A stretch of DNA of 63,101 bases, filler included, from Sphacelaria rigidula (lineage: Eukaryota): assembly GCA_964200075.2 (NCBI GenBank). It is 8 parts of 8 records of this genome, joined end to end, with 100 filler letters (N's around TTAATTAATTAA, not from the genome) between each part and the next. Parts side by side here need not be neighbours in the genome. Positions count along the whole stretch, not along the records: positions 7,902 to 15,702 come from CAXNAA020013416.1; positions 15,803 to 23,603 come from CAXNAA020013417.1; positions 23,704 to 31,503 come from CAXNAA020013418.1; 5 more parts are not named here. The stretch is one strand, 5' to 3'. The translations under genes were made by a program, and so were the position numbers. Positions 12,210 to 25,233 of this stretch are shown here, in pieces. Position 1 is the stretch's first letter. Each line of letters starts with the position of its first letter. The notes under the pieces were generated by a model. The model was given only the letters and a program-made list of their open reading frames with translations, did not search any database and had not been told where the DNA came from.

Positions 12210-14085
12210 AGGTCCACGGTGCTCCGGGCATCCGCCGTCCCAGACACGCACACGAACACCGACAGGCAGTCCACACTGGACGACTACCGCGAGGAGACAC
12301 TGCGGCGCTCTCCGGGGCAGCTCTGGGAAAAGCGACGGCTTCAGGAGCCGGCTCCATCGGCTCCGTCCGAAGGTACCTAATCTGCACGTGTATAGATGTA
12401 GGGTGTGCGTGTTTCTCTTTCTTTTTCCTTCTCTTTCTTCAACTTTTTTTCTATCGTCTTCAAGGTGAATTGGTGCAGGCGTGCTGACCCAATCCACGAG
12501 ACCAAATTGCAAGGCGTGTACCGAGGTGGAGATGTGTTGATCCCGGCACGATGCGATGGTTTGTTTCCCCTTTGAAAGCAGGTCCCGCCCTCAATGGCCA
12601 TCATGGCAGCAGCAGCAGCAGCAGCAGCATCAATGGAGTCAACGGATATTCACCTCCGGAAGAAATAAAGGTATTTGTGGAACTTCCACCGCAGTGCGGT
12701 TGAGATCACCTTCTATTTTTTTTGTTTCACATGTGCGATCCGTTCTACGACAATACTCACATCAAGTAGTTGTACTATAATGATTGTGTCGCTAACAATG
12801 CGGGTTTTGGCACCCCGCCCCACTGTGCTTTCGTTTTTACATCATTTCGTGCTTGACTTTTTTCGCACCCCTGTGCGATGACTCCGATATGTGCCATGAC
12901 CCCGATTCCTCTGCGGGCATTAAATTTTACTGTCACATATTTGGATCTCTAAGGGATCAGTTAAGAATCCTGTGCGACAAACAAAAATCAAAATCCGTTC
13001 TGGTCGAAACACTTCTCCCCCCCCCCGCCCGCCCGCTCGCCCTCTCCCTAATTCCGTGGAATCGCCCCTAATCTATACAGGTGGACCTAGCGGCTTTACA
13101 AGGGACGAACATTTCCCGTGAAGCGACCCCGGTTGCGGAAGAACTATCCCAGAAGAAGCCGTCGGCGGAGGAATCAACCCAATCGCCAAAGTCTACGGAG
13201 GAATTATCCAAGCTGAGGGTTCCCGAGCTGAAGAACCTTCTTCGAGTGAGTGTATCGTAGAGGGAACCTGAAGAAATGTACGTGAACAATGGTTGGTACT
13301 AAGAAATGCCGCCAACCTTAACCCTCACCCTAACCCTAACCCCGACCAAGGCATACCGACAACCCTCGGGCATGGGGGGGTGCAAGTCTTTCGTGAGCAA
13401 GGGGTGCGTTGCCAGAGCTCAAATCGCCGCCTTTCAGCCGATTTTGGACCAAAATACGTTCTGGACGAGCCGGGTCTACTGCTCACCACCGCTCACCTGC
13501 CCCCAAATCATGAAATTTATTGGAACTTTTTTTATTCTGAAGAAAAGAAAAAACCGAGTACCAACCATTGTTCACGTACGTTTCTTCAGGGTCTACTGAT
13601 ATCGTACCCCGTTGCGGATTTTTGTATAGGCTGGCTCAATCTAATGCTATCTCCCTCATCACTACCCTTGACCTTGACGGAGGCAGTCTGTGAACCCTCG
13701 GGTAACGGGCGGTGGGGGAGTGGGTGGGGGGACTCGTGATCTTGCATGCCGTAGTCGCACGACCATTGAGCAGTGACCTCGCATCCCTACAAAGCCGGGA
13801 CGGAGCACGCCGGGTTTTCGCCGAGCCAGGCTGCTCTCGATCAATCACCAAGCGCGAAGCGCCGCCATGTGTTTGGCGAGTTGCATAAGGGGATGAGCTG
13901 TATCCTGCTAAGATGTTTCGGCCCGAAACCTACTGATTATCTTCATTTGGATGGCACCCGTGGGGGGGGGGGGGGCCGGGGAGTGGTTCCCACATGGGAC
14001 CGGGGACCGCAGCGGAAACGGGTAGAAAAAAAANNNNNNNNNNTTGTTCTTTTGCTTGGTCCTTTATGCGTGTTTCTTTTTGTTT

Positions 14086-14122
<37 letters not shown>

Positions 14123-14667
14123 CGGGAGAGTAGTACTCACATAGTACAGTGCACGTAGACGATACAGCATAGTAAAATAAAGTAAACTGCCTCTTGTAAT
14201 GCTTTTAGAGCTTTCAACATGACTTGCCGTGCACACAGACGGCACATGGGAGTCTCGACTCCAAACTTGAAAAAGAAAAATGGGGGACTGAGCTCCTTTC
14301 ACCCTCAAATTTACCCATGTTCCTGAAGCAGGGGGATTTTTTTTTCAAAATAGTATTCCGGAAATAACCTCGAAAAAACAGCCGAGAGGAAAATAATCGC
14401 GTGACTCATGCCACCCCCACACCCTCTTGTTCCTTTCCTATTTTGTTTTTCTTCCTCGTGCAGGAGAGGGGCTTGAAATTGTCCGGCAAGAAGGCCGAGC
14501 TTATCCAACGGCTACTCGAACCACCCGATTCGGCAAGGTTAGCGGCCGCTGCCGCTCATATAAACCTTCCCGGTACCGGAGAGGATTTGTTCGTGGCGCA
14601 GGATGACGTGAATGCTGATGTTGTGGATTTGCGGAATGATTCGGCGTGGAATCAGGACGAGTGGTGA
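12210..14667 (+). CDS. SAP-domain protein, 5'-incomplete; exons 12210-12372, 12582-12670, 13081-13245, 14464-14663/14667
   Basis: GT-AG sites with phases 1,0,0. The spliced product contains EELSKLRVPELKNLLR|ERGLKLSGKKAELIQRLLE, a canonical SAP motif split by an intron. The last exon ends either at stop TGA 14665-14667 or at donor GTGAGC 14664. Confidence 0.85.
13305..13520 (+). repeat. Intronic dispersed repeat headed by degenerate (CCCTAA)n; second copy ~44090-44260
   Basis: AACCTTAACCCTCACCCTAACCCTAACCCC followed by a body sharing ACGTTCTGGACGAGC.GGGTC.ACTGCTCACC with the 44 kb copy. Confidence 0.65.
13712..13950 (-). mobile_element. LINE 3' end, subfamily B; copies at 31402-31503, 39504-39570, 45335-45500, 47691-47900 (all -) and ~55108-55152 (+)
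   Basis: Recurrent CCTACAAAGCCGGGACGGAGCACGCCGGGTTTTCGCCG; its reverse complement aligns with the subfamily A tail, and complete copies end at oligo(C). Confidence 0.75.
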
Positions 14668-14689
14668 GCATTTTGTTTTTTTTCACGCT

Positions 14690-14973
14690 TTGAATCCCTC
14701 CCCTTTGATGAGTCCGTGGTCTCTAGGGATCAACCTATCTCTCCCCCGGTACGCGCCTTTCATTTTGGTATCGCGGATTGGGTCAGCACTCCCGCACGGC
14801 GTCAACTCACGTCACACAAACCCAGTCGACTACTCTGTCTACCCACGTTCTCCCGCTTTCCACGGTGGAAAATCATACATTACCAAGAAAAAATCCAACG
14901 CATCGGGAATCGAACCCCCGTTCTCTCCATCCTAATAGCGACAGGCACCATTACACCACCGGAGCGCGGCGGC
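14690..14973 (-). mobile_element. tRNA-derived SINE family 2
   Basis: Minus strand GCCGCCGCGCTCCGGTGGTGTAATGG (A box)...GGTTCGATTCC (B box); other copies at 21720-22159 (-), ~21100-21320, ~21520-21610, ~12470-12530 and 48208-48535 (+). Confidence 0.8.
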
Positions 14974-16349
14974 AGGGTAAAGCAGGAGATTGGATAGATG
15001 AACGGAGTTGTCCGAGGGCAGGTCGAGTAGAATATACTTAATTGCGGGGTATTTTGAAAGACGTACTTGGGGTACTCAAATTAGGGTAGAGTGTTGGGAG
15101 TCGTACCCCCCAAAAATAACTGGAAAGCGATCCCTGAAACCCTACCCCCAATTTGTGTACTTGAGGTACGACTTTCAAAATACCCCGCAATCAAGTATGC
15201 TCCACGGTTCGGACGAATCGTCGCCGGTTCGAATCACCAAATCCACGATTTTTCAGGCCTAATTGCTCAAAAGATTTTAAAAAATGGGCGCTGGTCGAAG
15301 AGGTCTCGATGCAAGTTTTGCGCCATTCCACGTTCCCAGGCTGCGCGCACCTGGGTTTCAACGCTGAAAACAAAGTCTGAGGATTGATTCGTGCGGTACC
15401 TATCAACTACACTAAAATCAAGTGATTTCCAGACGAACCATTAATTCGTCCGACCCTTGGTATACTGTACTCGACCTGCCCTCGGAGTTGTCGCACATCA
15501 ACCAATCCCCTGGTACGGCTTCAGCCATGAACGCACGAGATGCAAAAAATTGTCCTGTACCGAAAGTTGATGAACGAACTGTAAACATTCGCTACATTGG
15601 ACGAAGCCGCGGGGAGGAAGTTGGAAAGGGGGGGGGCGTACTCATTTGTTGCTTGCCTTAGTCGTTTGACCATTGACCACGCATCCCTTTCGAGACGGAG
15701 CANNNNNNNNNNNNNNNNNNNNNNNNNNNNNNNNNNNNNNNNNNNNTTAATTAATTAANNNNNNNNNNNNNNNNNNNNNNNNNNNNNNNNNNNNNNNNNN
15801 NNGAATCAATTATACTAAAACCAAGCAATTTCCGGACGAATCATTATTTGTCCGAACCTTGAAAGCTTTTCGAACGCTCGAGGTGCCTACCCCACATGAC
15901 TGCCGTGAGGCGGTCTAGCCGAGCCTCCGGGAAATCAGCACACGAATCCGCTCGCGAGGTAAGTGTTGGGTGAGGTTTCCTCCTTCCTTCAAGGAACAAA
16001 AAAAAGTGAAGAAAAGCTCCGCCTTACCTCGTCCCATCCCTGCTGCGATGGAACCAGCCCTCCCACGATAGCTCCCAGCGCCATCAGGGCCTGACGCACT
16101 GGGTTACGAGGATCCTCCTCCACCTGACATTAAGCAGACGATAAAAGGTAGCACGTTTCAAACACACAAAAAAACGAGCACAGACACAAACGAACACAGT
16201 TCTGTGCAACGTAGCCCGGTCTCCACAAAGCGGTCGAGCGCTACAAAATGCGTCCTCGTGCCACAGGCTCGCGAAGCACGAATGCTCGTCTCAGGCCATG
16301 CGACCTAAATCACTGTTGTTGTGGTCAGCGTTTTACGCGCATAGGTGAC

Positions 16350-16562
16350 TGCGTTCTCTCCCCCGATTATTTGCCACAGAGGGCGAAACAGGACGGGGAT
16401 AAGATATGTAAAAGGTTCTTGTGTGATGTATGGAAGAAGTGTCATGGGCACCTAAATGTTGGAGGTGTCTCTATTAGGAGTAGGAACGGTGCTCCGTCTC
16501 GAACGGGATCCGTGGTCAAGGGTCAAACGACTAAGGCAAGCAACAAATGAGTACGCCCCCCC
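16350..16562 (+). mobile_element. LINE ORF C-terminus plus 3' tail, subfamily A; also 15627-15702 (-) and 55029-55104 (+)
   Basis: PQRAKQDGDKICKRFLCDVWKK...NVGGVSIRSRNGAPSR, homologous to 48020-48760; ends ATGAGTACG-(C)n. Confidence 0.8.
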
Positions 16563-16975
16563 GAGATTTGCATCGTACTGTACCTTGCAACGTGTGTTTC
16601 TGCTTTACTCATCAACACTTGTTTTTCATGTTTTCTATCACACTCGACCCGAAGGTTGCTATTTGTATCATACACTATTAACATTAGCACCGTGTTGCTG
16701 CCGCAATCTACATTAGAAGGTGGTAAGTGAAAGGTTTTATTTTATTTTTTTACATATTTTTCGTATTCGCCGTTGATTCCATCAGAGGTCAGCTCAGGAT
16801 TGCACCTACGATGGTTGCTATTCCGCATGGATCTGCTGCCCCGACATGAACGCGGCCCATGTCGTAACACTATGGAGAGTAGAGTTATAATAGTGTTATG
16901 TTCAGTTCTGTCCGAAGAAAATCATTATATTCACTAGCACGAGTATATATACGAAGTATATATATATATATACGT

Positions 16976-17392
16976 TGGAGCTCGGAAATGGTTCGTCTAA
17001 CCATTAACCAGTTGAATGGTTACGCGTAGCGCACTCATTAACCACTTAAATGGTACCTGATGGTTTGGTCATCGAGCGGCGCAGCCGCGAGCCAAAAAGC
17101 CCCCCACCCGGCAAAGGGAGCCCCGCCGCAGGCGCCCCCGGAGGGCCTCGCTCGAGGCGCCGTGCCGGAGGCACATTTTTACGCGATTTGGTTTCACTAG
17201 AGCTAAAAAAACGTTGAATTTGGGCAAATTTTCAAGGGCTGTATGTAGCATATGTAGCCGGTAACGGCTTATAAAGCTGGTATTGGTGAATAATGGTTTG
17301 AAACCATTATCCAAATTTTTCATATAGCTATTACCATTATTACCATTATAATGATAATGGCCAGTTATAACTGGTACCATTTCCGATCTCTA
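16976..17392. mobile_element. hAT-like MITE
   Basis: TIR TGGAGCTCGGAAATGGT / ACCATTTCCGATCTCTA (15/17 match), 8-bp TSD ATATACGT/ATATACAT, subterminal AATGG/CCATT repeats. Confidence 0.8.
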
Positions 17393-19248
17393 ATATACAT
17401 ACATACACGTACGTGAAAACTGGCTAGTAAGCGGTGTTGGGAGATAAAAGTACGTTTCTGTTTCGCCGCTGTGATCGTCATTGCGCCGCGTGTTTGAAAC
17501 TCTAGCTGATGCGTTTGGAGGCATGCTATGCGATACCCACGATGGAAACGAACGCATGATCGGTATCGTTGGAACGCAAGGACTGCAGCTATCCGACAAT
17601 ACACGGTCAGTTAAAGTGCGACAATCAATCAATCAATCAAATCACGTCGCCTGTTACAAATACAGCAAGAATACGTCCTGCACTTCGTGGTGAGTTAGTT
17701 CATCAACAACAGCACAACAAACCAGGTCGTCCACGTTATTGACTCCTTTTGAAACAGAGCACACTACCCAGAACCGGAGGGCGTTCCGTTGGAATGCCTG
17801 GGATTCGATAAAGACGAGAGTGTTTTTGGGTTTCTGGAACTCACCGCCGTTAACGAAACATCGGCGGTTAACGTGGACGACTGCGGGGTTTGGCTACTGC
17901 ACCAGCGTGCTGATTGAGCTGCCAGAGCTCGCCAGCAACGGGTTGGTAGCTCACCCAGAGCAAACATGCTTAGCTCATGTGGCTCTCTCATAACTCACCC
18001 AGGGCAAATATGCGTTGATGGGCTACGCATTGCTAGCTCGCCTACACGCTGGTTCAGGGTGACTGCCCAAAATTCGTCCCCCACAAGATACAGAACGCAA
18101 AACTGACTCGATAGAAACATATTTGGTATCATAGCGACCCCCACGAGCAAGCGAACAGTGTGACATGGACGGATTTTTACTTGAGACCCTTGCCGTGGCG
18201 CTGTTAATGAAAATGCGTCTCGGCCAATCAGGGACCTTCAAATTGTTCTGAAATTAAAAATGCGAATTCCCGACTCAATTTGTTCCCGATCTCATCACGA
18301 ATCACATCTTATTAACCATCAGCAAGGGAATTTACCACAAATAGCAGAGTTGACGACGGTTAGTTTGGGATCGGATCGAGTTACACCCCAAAACATTTTA
18401 TTTCCGTAATGTGGGGTTTTGGCGTCGGCGAATATCCACTGATATTGTGCATCGAAGACCGAGAAAGCTTCTTAAGGTTTTGCCTTGTAACTGTCGTAGG
18501 AAAGCTCCGAACATCCGCAAACTTGGCAGTTTGGTAGATATGGGTGCTACGAACGGGGGAAAAAATGTTGAAGAATACTTCAAATATTATCCGCTTTCTC
18601 CTGGCTTCCGGGGGTCCCGGCGTGAAGACTCCTCGAAGCCGGTACAGGGTGTTTTACAAAAAACAAAATTGACATGTCCCGAGGTAGTCCAAGGGACGCT
18701 TGTACAAAGTTTCGTTTCGTGACTCCAAAAGCTGACCTCAAACGGTCGATTTAAGGCCAAATGCACAAGGAAAAGGTCGGAAGCATACTACAATCAAGTG
18801 ATCAGGGGTATCGCGCGCACATTTGTATACTTCAACGCACATACGGACGTTTGTTCCGTTTCTTCGAGATATACCATGAACGTTTGCGCACGGATGTCAG
18901 ACACCGCCTCCTGGGACTCCGGATATCTGGTGATTGGAAAAAATATCGAAAGAACTCATTGGTGAAGCCTTTCTGAATACCGCAGCCCACCTGTGTGCAA
19001 AATTTCAGGGTCTAACTCGACATCCGGCGTGATGAATCGCTGGGGAGTAAATTCTGATCGTTCAGCCTGAACCAGCCCGTAGAACAAAAAAGCGTAACTC
19101 ATGCAGCACTCTCTCATGGCTTGCCCGGGGTGCAACTGTTTTTTTTCAAAGTGTGTGTCCGGTGATGTATGTTTTTGTTCAACGTGGTTCGTGTGGATGG
19201 ATTGTCGCGTGCTCGAACGATCATACTCGTACAATTAACGGAGTTAAC

Positions 19249-19480
19249 GCCATTTTTTCCGCCAAGATTAGAGAAAAATTATTCCGAAAATGATTGAACA
19301 CCTGCTCGAAAATTCGTACAACTAGCGAAGTAAGGGCATTTTTCCCGCCCAGATGAGATTAATTGTTTCCGAAAACGCTTGAAAACCTGCTTGAGAATTC
19401 GTGAAACTCACGAAGTCACGGCATTTTGTCCGCCAAGATGAGAAAATTGTTCCGAAAGAAACGCTTGGAAAGCTGCCATA
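19249..19480 (+). repeat. Tandem repeat, ~86-bp unit, ~2.7 copies
   Basis: G.CATTTT.(T/C)CCGCC.AGAT recurs at ~19249, ~19336 and ~19421. Confidence 0.8.
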
Positions 19481-20426
19481 GGGAGCAAAAGTGGTGAATA
19501 AACAAGGAGACATGACTCGGCGCAAGAGTAATCTTCTTGGCCATGGAGTTTGGTACGCGTCTGTGTAAACCCCACGTGCAGTTTGCGCGACACATTGCCG
19601 TCCAGCTGCTCGTGATTTGAGAGAGAATGCTAATGAACTTATGTCGTACTATATTGCACGTGTTCAGACATCGGTTGGGCGAACGGCGAGAAAACGTGCA
19701 GTTTTGGTGGAAAATCCCACAGAAAGCTTGAGCACTCCTGTATTCTTCTAGATGATCGTGGAATAATTTCTCGCCCTCATTCCCTGCATGGATCACAATA
19801 ATTGGGGAGATAACTACCAACTCGAAACTGTGATCCGTCAAAGCGTTATAAATTCTGTGATGAAACACTGGTTACCATAAAAAGAGATCCCCCTCGTCGA
19901 TCCAACTATTATACGAGTACTCACGGTCATTCTCTGCCCATGTTTGTCGAGCGGTTCTCAATATCGGGTGTAACATCGACAGCTCTACCTATGAACGACC
20001 ATGGTGCATTTCTAAATGTATAGCTTGATAGATACGTAGATTTCCACACATCAACTGACCCCCGAGGAGTCATGATCCAGCCGTGGTCATGAACCACGAT
20101 ATACATGTACCCGAGATGAACAAAGTGAGAACATTCGCTGAAGGAAACTCGAGAAATGAAAAAATATGACGAAAAAGAGAACGAGCGGAGTACCTCTGAA
20201 AAAACACACAACTAGACGGAAATAAGGAAAAGGGGAGAAACAAAAGAGAAGGCCATAATAAATGTATCACGGGGCCTGATGAGAACAACGATAAGTTTGC
20301 GGCTCGGCTACTCGGGAGCCACATTATGTGGGACATGAGCTCTCATCCACGGCCTCTGCAGAAGCGAGGCAAAAACACTGCTGCAGCATAAAACAAGCGG
20401 CGCTGTTACTGTACATAGATCATTAC

Positions 20427-20579
20427 CGTTTTCCCGCCACACGAAAGCGGGGATGACGAGTCCCTCCTTCCTTCCGACTGTGCAATCACGACCGTGTCTC
20501 CTCCGACCGCCCTGGCCCGCCAAAATTCATCCACGTAAACGTTGCCCGATCCCGCAAAGCTCAACAGGAACACGGTGAT
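20427..20579 (-). CDS. Isolated candidate coding exon (phase 0/0, 51 codons), product unknown
   Basis: Pyrimidine tract TTTTTGGCAG acceptor, open frame ITVFLLSFAGSGNVYVDEFWRARAVGGDTVVIAQSEG..., GTAATG donor; neighbouring exons not resolved. Confidence 0.3.
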
Positions 20580-21338
20580 CTGCCAAAAAGAAAGAACGCA
20601 AGAGGGAAGGGATATGAAAGCGTCGCCTATTACTGCAAGGTAAATATAATAGTCACTACAAGTTGAGGAGAAAGGATGGATAAACGTGCAAAGGTACAAA
20701 TGCGAAACGGTGCGAAGTGTTCATGTATGTAATACAAACAAGGGGCAAGAAGAGTAGCTGTACATGCGTATACAAAAAACAAGTTAAACATTTTTCCTGT
20801 TTGGAATGAAAACGCGGATTCGAGGTGGAGGAATCCACATCCAAGAATGGTCGGCATGAGTACGCTACGCTCCTGCGAAAGACAACCCGCTAGCACGAGG
20901 GCTGTGTCAGTGCTCCACAAGGACTTGTAGTCTGGGTTCGTAGATGCATGAATACTAAAGTGTCGTCCAGGCAAGGGTTGATAATCCTACGGGGAGCCTC
21001 TCGCTGGCGACTAGACAACTAGTAACCTGTTGGTGGAGGAAAATGATCCTTACGGAAATGATCCTTATGGATGACATTTTTTTTTTTTCTGTTTTTCTCG
21101 CTTCTAGCTCCTTCCCTCCCTCGGGATGGGTTCGTGGACTCAAGAAATATCAACCCACCTCTCCCCCAGGTACACGGCTGACATTCTGGTATCGCGGATT
21201 AGATCATGACCATCAGCGCTCCAGGTCGATAGTCATCCAACAAAGTCAGCCAAGCAGACTATTTTTACCACTGTACTCACGTACGTCCCTACGTTTTCGA
21301 CGACGGAAAATCAAATACAAATACTGCTGACAAATAAG

Positions 21339-21512
21339 CACACCTAGGACAGTATATGGTCAATAGTTGCAACAGACAAGAAACGTACTGCACAAAGTAT
21401 AGGCCTACTATTGCGACTATTGTCGGCCGCCAATAGTTGCAATAGGCCTATACTTTATGCAGTACACTTCTCGTCTATTGCATCTATTGACCGTATATTG
21501 TCCAGGGTGTGC
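21339..21512. mobile_element. Fully palindromic MITE, CACCCTGGACAA family; half copy at ~11228-11305
   Basis: CACACCTAGGACAGTATATGGTCAATAG...CTATTGACCGTATATTGTCCAGGGTGTG; the arms pair almost to the centre. Confidence 0.85.
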
Positions 21513-21719
21513 AAATAAGCCAAACTAGACGCACCTGGCTGGACTCAACCCCGCGTTTCCCCGACCTAATGGTGTCATCTCTATCAGTAGACCACTGGAG
21601 CGCGGCGGCAAAGCTAGAGGACCGGGAGCACGAGAACCCCGGGAACTCCCAGAACGTGCTCTCGAAAGGCGGTCTGTCTGAAAAGCAAACATATACTCCT
21701 TTTTGTTGTTCTTGCACTT

Positions 21720-22159
21720 TGAACCCCTTCCCTCCCTCGGGACGAGTCTGTGGTCTCAAGGGAACATTCCATCTCTCCCTCCGTTGGTTGGTTGATTGAT
21801 TGATTGATTATCTTAAATTTTCTCCCCCGGTACACGACTTGCCTTTCTTTTGGTCTCGCGGGTGGGGTCAGCACTCTCGCACCGCGTCAACTCACGTCAA
21901 ATAAACTCAGTCGACTATATTGCTTGCTCACGTTCTCACGCTTTCCGCGGTGGAAATCAGATACTACGAGGGAAAAAACCCGACGCATCGCGAATCGAAT
22001 CCGCGTTCCCTCCATCCTACTGGCGACAGTTGGATCATTACACCACGGTGGAAATCAGATATAACGAAGAAAAAAACCCAAGGCATCCGGAATCGAATCC
22101 TCGTTCTCTCCACCCTAATGGCGACAGTCTGACCATTACACCATCGGAGCGCGGCGGCC
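21720..22159 (-). mobile_element. SINE family 2 copy with partially duplicated head
   Basis: The block CGGTGGAAATCAGATA...GCATC..GAATCGAATCC.CGTTC..TCCA.CCTA.TGGCGACAG occurs twice in tandem (~21947 and ~22046). Confidence 0.8.
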
Positions 22160-24446
22160 ATACTTGTACACGTAAAAAAATGACAAAATGAACTGGTACC
22201 CCGTGTGCAGGTGACAACGCGTGAGTTCATTTTTGTGTACTGTGTACGCGTGCATGTAAGCTGTGACCGTGTATCGTAAACCCCCAAGCATAAGCACGTA
22301 AAATGTGTGAAGGTGAGAAGATATCAAGAGGTGTGAGCTGAGCGGGCATGGTACGTGACTGGCATCGGCATGACATTGGTGATGGTCTCCCAGTAAAGCA
22401 GCACGTACATGCTGGGTATGTTGTCGCGCGTCTTCTGCCGCACTTCCGATTCCCCCGCCGGCTCTTTTCCCTCTTGTGTACTTGTGGTCGGCGCGCTCCT
22501 CGAGCTGTCGATGGATACTCTCGGAATCTATCCACACTCTTGTCTCATCCACGTTCGTCCTGCATAGCACAACCCGAACGATAGCATCACGTGTAGAGGT
22601 CGTATTAACGGGGCAATTTTTCCAGTTTTTTTCTCATTTAATTTTCCCGAAAAATAGGAACTGTCTCCCGACTTCTCGAAAAGAAGAGTGAAAAAGAATC
22701 CGACACCAGATTTTTGGAGAAATCCGTAGTTAGTCTTCACATGATCTATGTCTTGACCTCGTTAAGGGATATTGTTTACGGGGCACGTTCTTCAGATTAT
22801 TTCGACTTCCCCGAAAAATTATTGAATAATGAATCCACGCTAGATTTTCCGATAAATCTCCAGTCAGCTTAGAATGATCAATTCATTGCCTGACCTGCTT
22901 AAGACCAGACCCGAACGACCAGTGCTAGGGTTGTTGGCGAGTATGATGCCACTGTAAAGATCGTGTGGGGACCCTATCCCTGGCCCATATAAGCCTTCGC
23001 AGTTTTCCAAGCGCAGGGCGGTCGGAGCTTGGTTATATGATATGACTTGCACTTAGTATACCGTTCCCGAGTTTTCCGGTGGGTTTTTTGGGTCTCAATT
23101 CCCTACTAAAACGTAGTAATTTACACCAACACAGGGTCGACCGGAAAAGCCAGGAAGGAATGTACATGCAACCATGTGGTCATTTTCACCACGTCCTAAA
23201 ACCAGGTGGGCTGTGGAAAGATAAAAGGATCTACTGTCATGAGTTCTGCTTATCCCTCTGGCGATGATTTGCAGGGTGCAGTTAATATGTATGTAGTGGG
23301 TGGGGATGAAGAAGCGGTATATAGGCAGCTGATCTCGGTAGCCTGAGAATTGCCCAGAACGTGCAAGGGAGTATGCAGCGGCAGCTGCTGCTTCAGTCGG
23401 AGAGACGTACTACACTGTACTGCACCGTACTATATATTGCTGCATGCATGCGTGCCGCAACACTGATACCGTTCGAAGAGAATTTGCCGCATGCAACAAA
23501 GGGGAAAATAGCGGCCCAGCCCGACCACAAAGGGCTGTGTGGCAAGGTGGTGGAGACAGAAGTATTATCCAAAGCCACAAGTGGCAGGCGGCCCGCCGGT
23601 CGCNNNNNNNNNNNNNNNNNNNNNNNNNNNNNNNNNNNNNNNNNNNNTTAATTAATTAANNNNNNNNNNNNNNNNNNNNNNNNNNNNNNNNNNNNNNNNN
23701 NNNGAAATATTGACCGCAGAGGGGGAAGATCGCCCTGTGCGCCACGACCGGCACGGAGCTATAAATGTAGATGCGTGGTGTTGGCCGCAATACGCCCCGC
23801 ACGCAAAATCAACACATCACCGGCCGCAATATAATCAAGGCTGTACTAAATTCATTTCACTTCGAAGAGCACGAGCTCAACACTGAAATGTGACGAAGAA
23901 AAGCATGGTATATCAACATGTACGGGTTGATATCCCATCAGAACGACGAAAGCACGGTAGACCATAAACATCACAGAGTAAGACCGTGCTGCGTGCGGCT
24001 CACCCCGACTAATGGTACGCAGCCGATCGTCTCTGCCCATAACCCCATCCCCGCCCCCGATCAAATATCTCTTCCTCCTTCCTCTCTGGGCCGTCAGCAG
24101 TGTGCGCTCCGTTTCCGGTACTCGTCAGTCATCTCCACGTCGGGCCGCTGCTGCTGGGGGCGTCCGCCTCTTCCCTTTGTTCTTGAGTTTGATGTGGTAT
24201 TCACGCCTCGAATCTTCCGCTGCAATAGAGCAACACCCCCCCCACATCGGCAGATTACAAGTTGTCTGCTGTCTGCTGTCTGCTGTGCGGCATTTGCTTG
24301 TACACTGCGCGTGTGTTGTCGTCCCATCTATTCTGGACGCCGGTCCAGACATATTGGTATATGTGGGCACACAAGCCGGGGTCACACACACTAAAGATCC
24401 GTGTTCAGGTTTTGAAAATAGAAAACACTGCAGAACTGCCTTGTCT

Positions 24447-25233
24447 GGTGTTGAGAGTAGTGCTCTGCACTCCATATACCACTGCAGAGTTATCTGGTGC
24501 TGAGTGTACCACCGTGTACTGAAGGTAATGGGGTCATTTTTTTAGCAGTTTTTCAAAGAGTTCTGCTCGTTTTTTAAAGGTTCTGCTTGTTTTTTTTCAA
24601 GTATTCCGGAAAAAACGAGAGCGTTTTCTGTCACAGAAATCCAAAGCCGAATCTGGAATAGCCTGAGACAACAACCACTTTGAAAATTGGAAAACCGAAA
24701 CCCATGAGGGTTTTAGACTGGAAAAATCTAGCAAAAAAACTATCGCAAGAATCCGATCGCAAGAATCCCGACGCAAAAACGAAGTCGCAAACATCCACTT
24801 GGTCGAATTTTTACCCGCAGCAGGAACCAGCTTCACCTTGTGAAATCGGTGTTGAGAGTAGTACTCCCATTCCATATACCACTGCAGAGTTATCTAGTGC
24901 TGAGTGTACCACCGTGTACTCAAGATAATGGGGTCATTTTTCTAGCAGTTTTTCAAAAAAGTTATGCTCGTTTTTTGAAAGGTTCTGCTTGTTTTTTTCA
25001 AGTATTCCGAAAAAAACGAGAGTGCTTTCTGTCACAGAAATCAAAAGCTTTATCTGGAATAGCCTCAGACATCTTTGAAAATTGGAAAACCGAAATCCAT
25101 GAGGGTTTTAGACTGGAAAAGTTTAGCAAAAATACGATCGCAAGAGTCCCGCCCAAAAACGGAGTCGCAAAAAACCACTTGGTCGAATTTTTACCCGCAG
25201 CAGAAACCAGCTTCACCTTGTGAAATCGGAGTT
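24447..25233 (+). repeat. Direct tandem duplication of a ~400-bp unit (24447-24847; 24848-25233)
   Basis: Both units start GGTGTTGAGAGTAGT and end CCAGCTTCACCTTGTGAAATC. Confidence 0.9.

Noticed and set aside
19249..25233. CRISPR-like arrays in the 86-bp and 400-bp tandem repeats
   Set aside because: No unique spacers, no cas genes, eukaryotic context.
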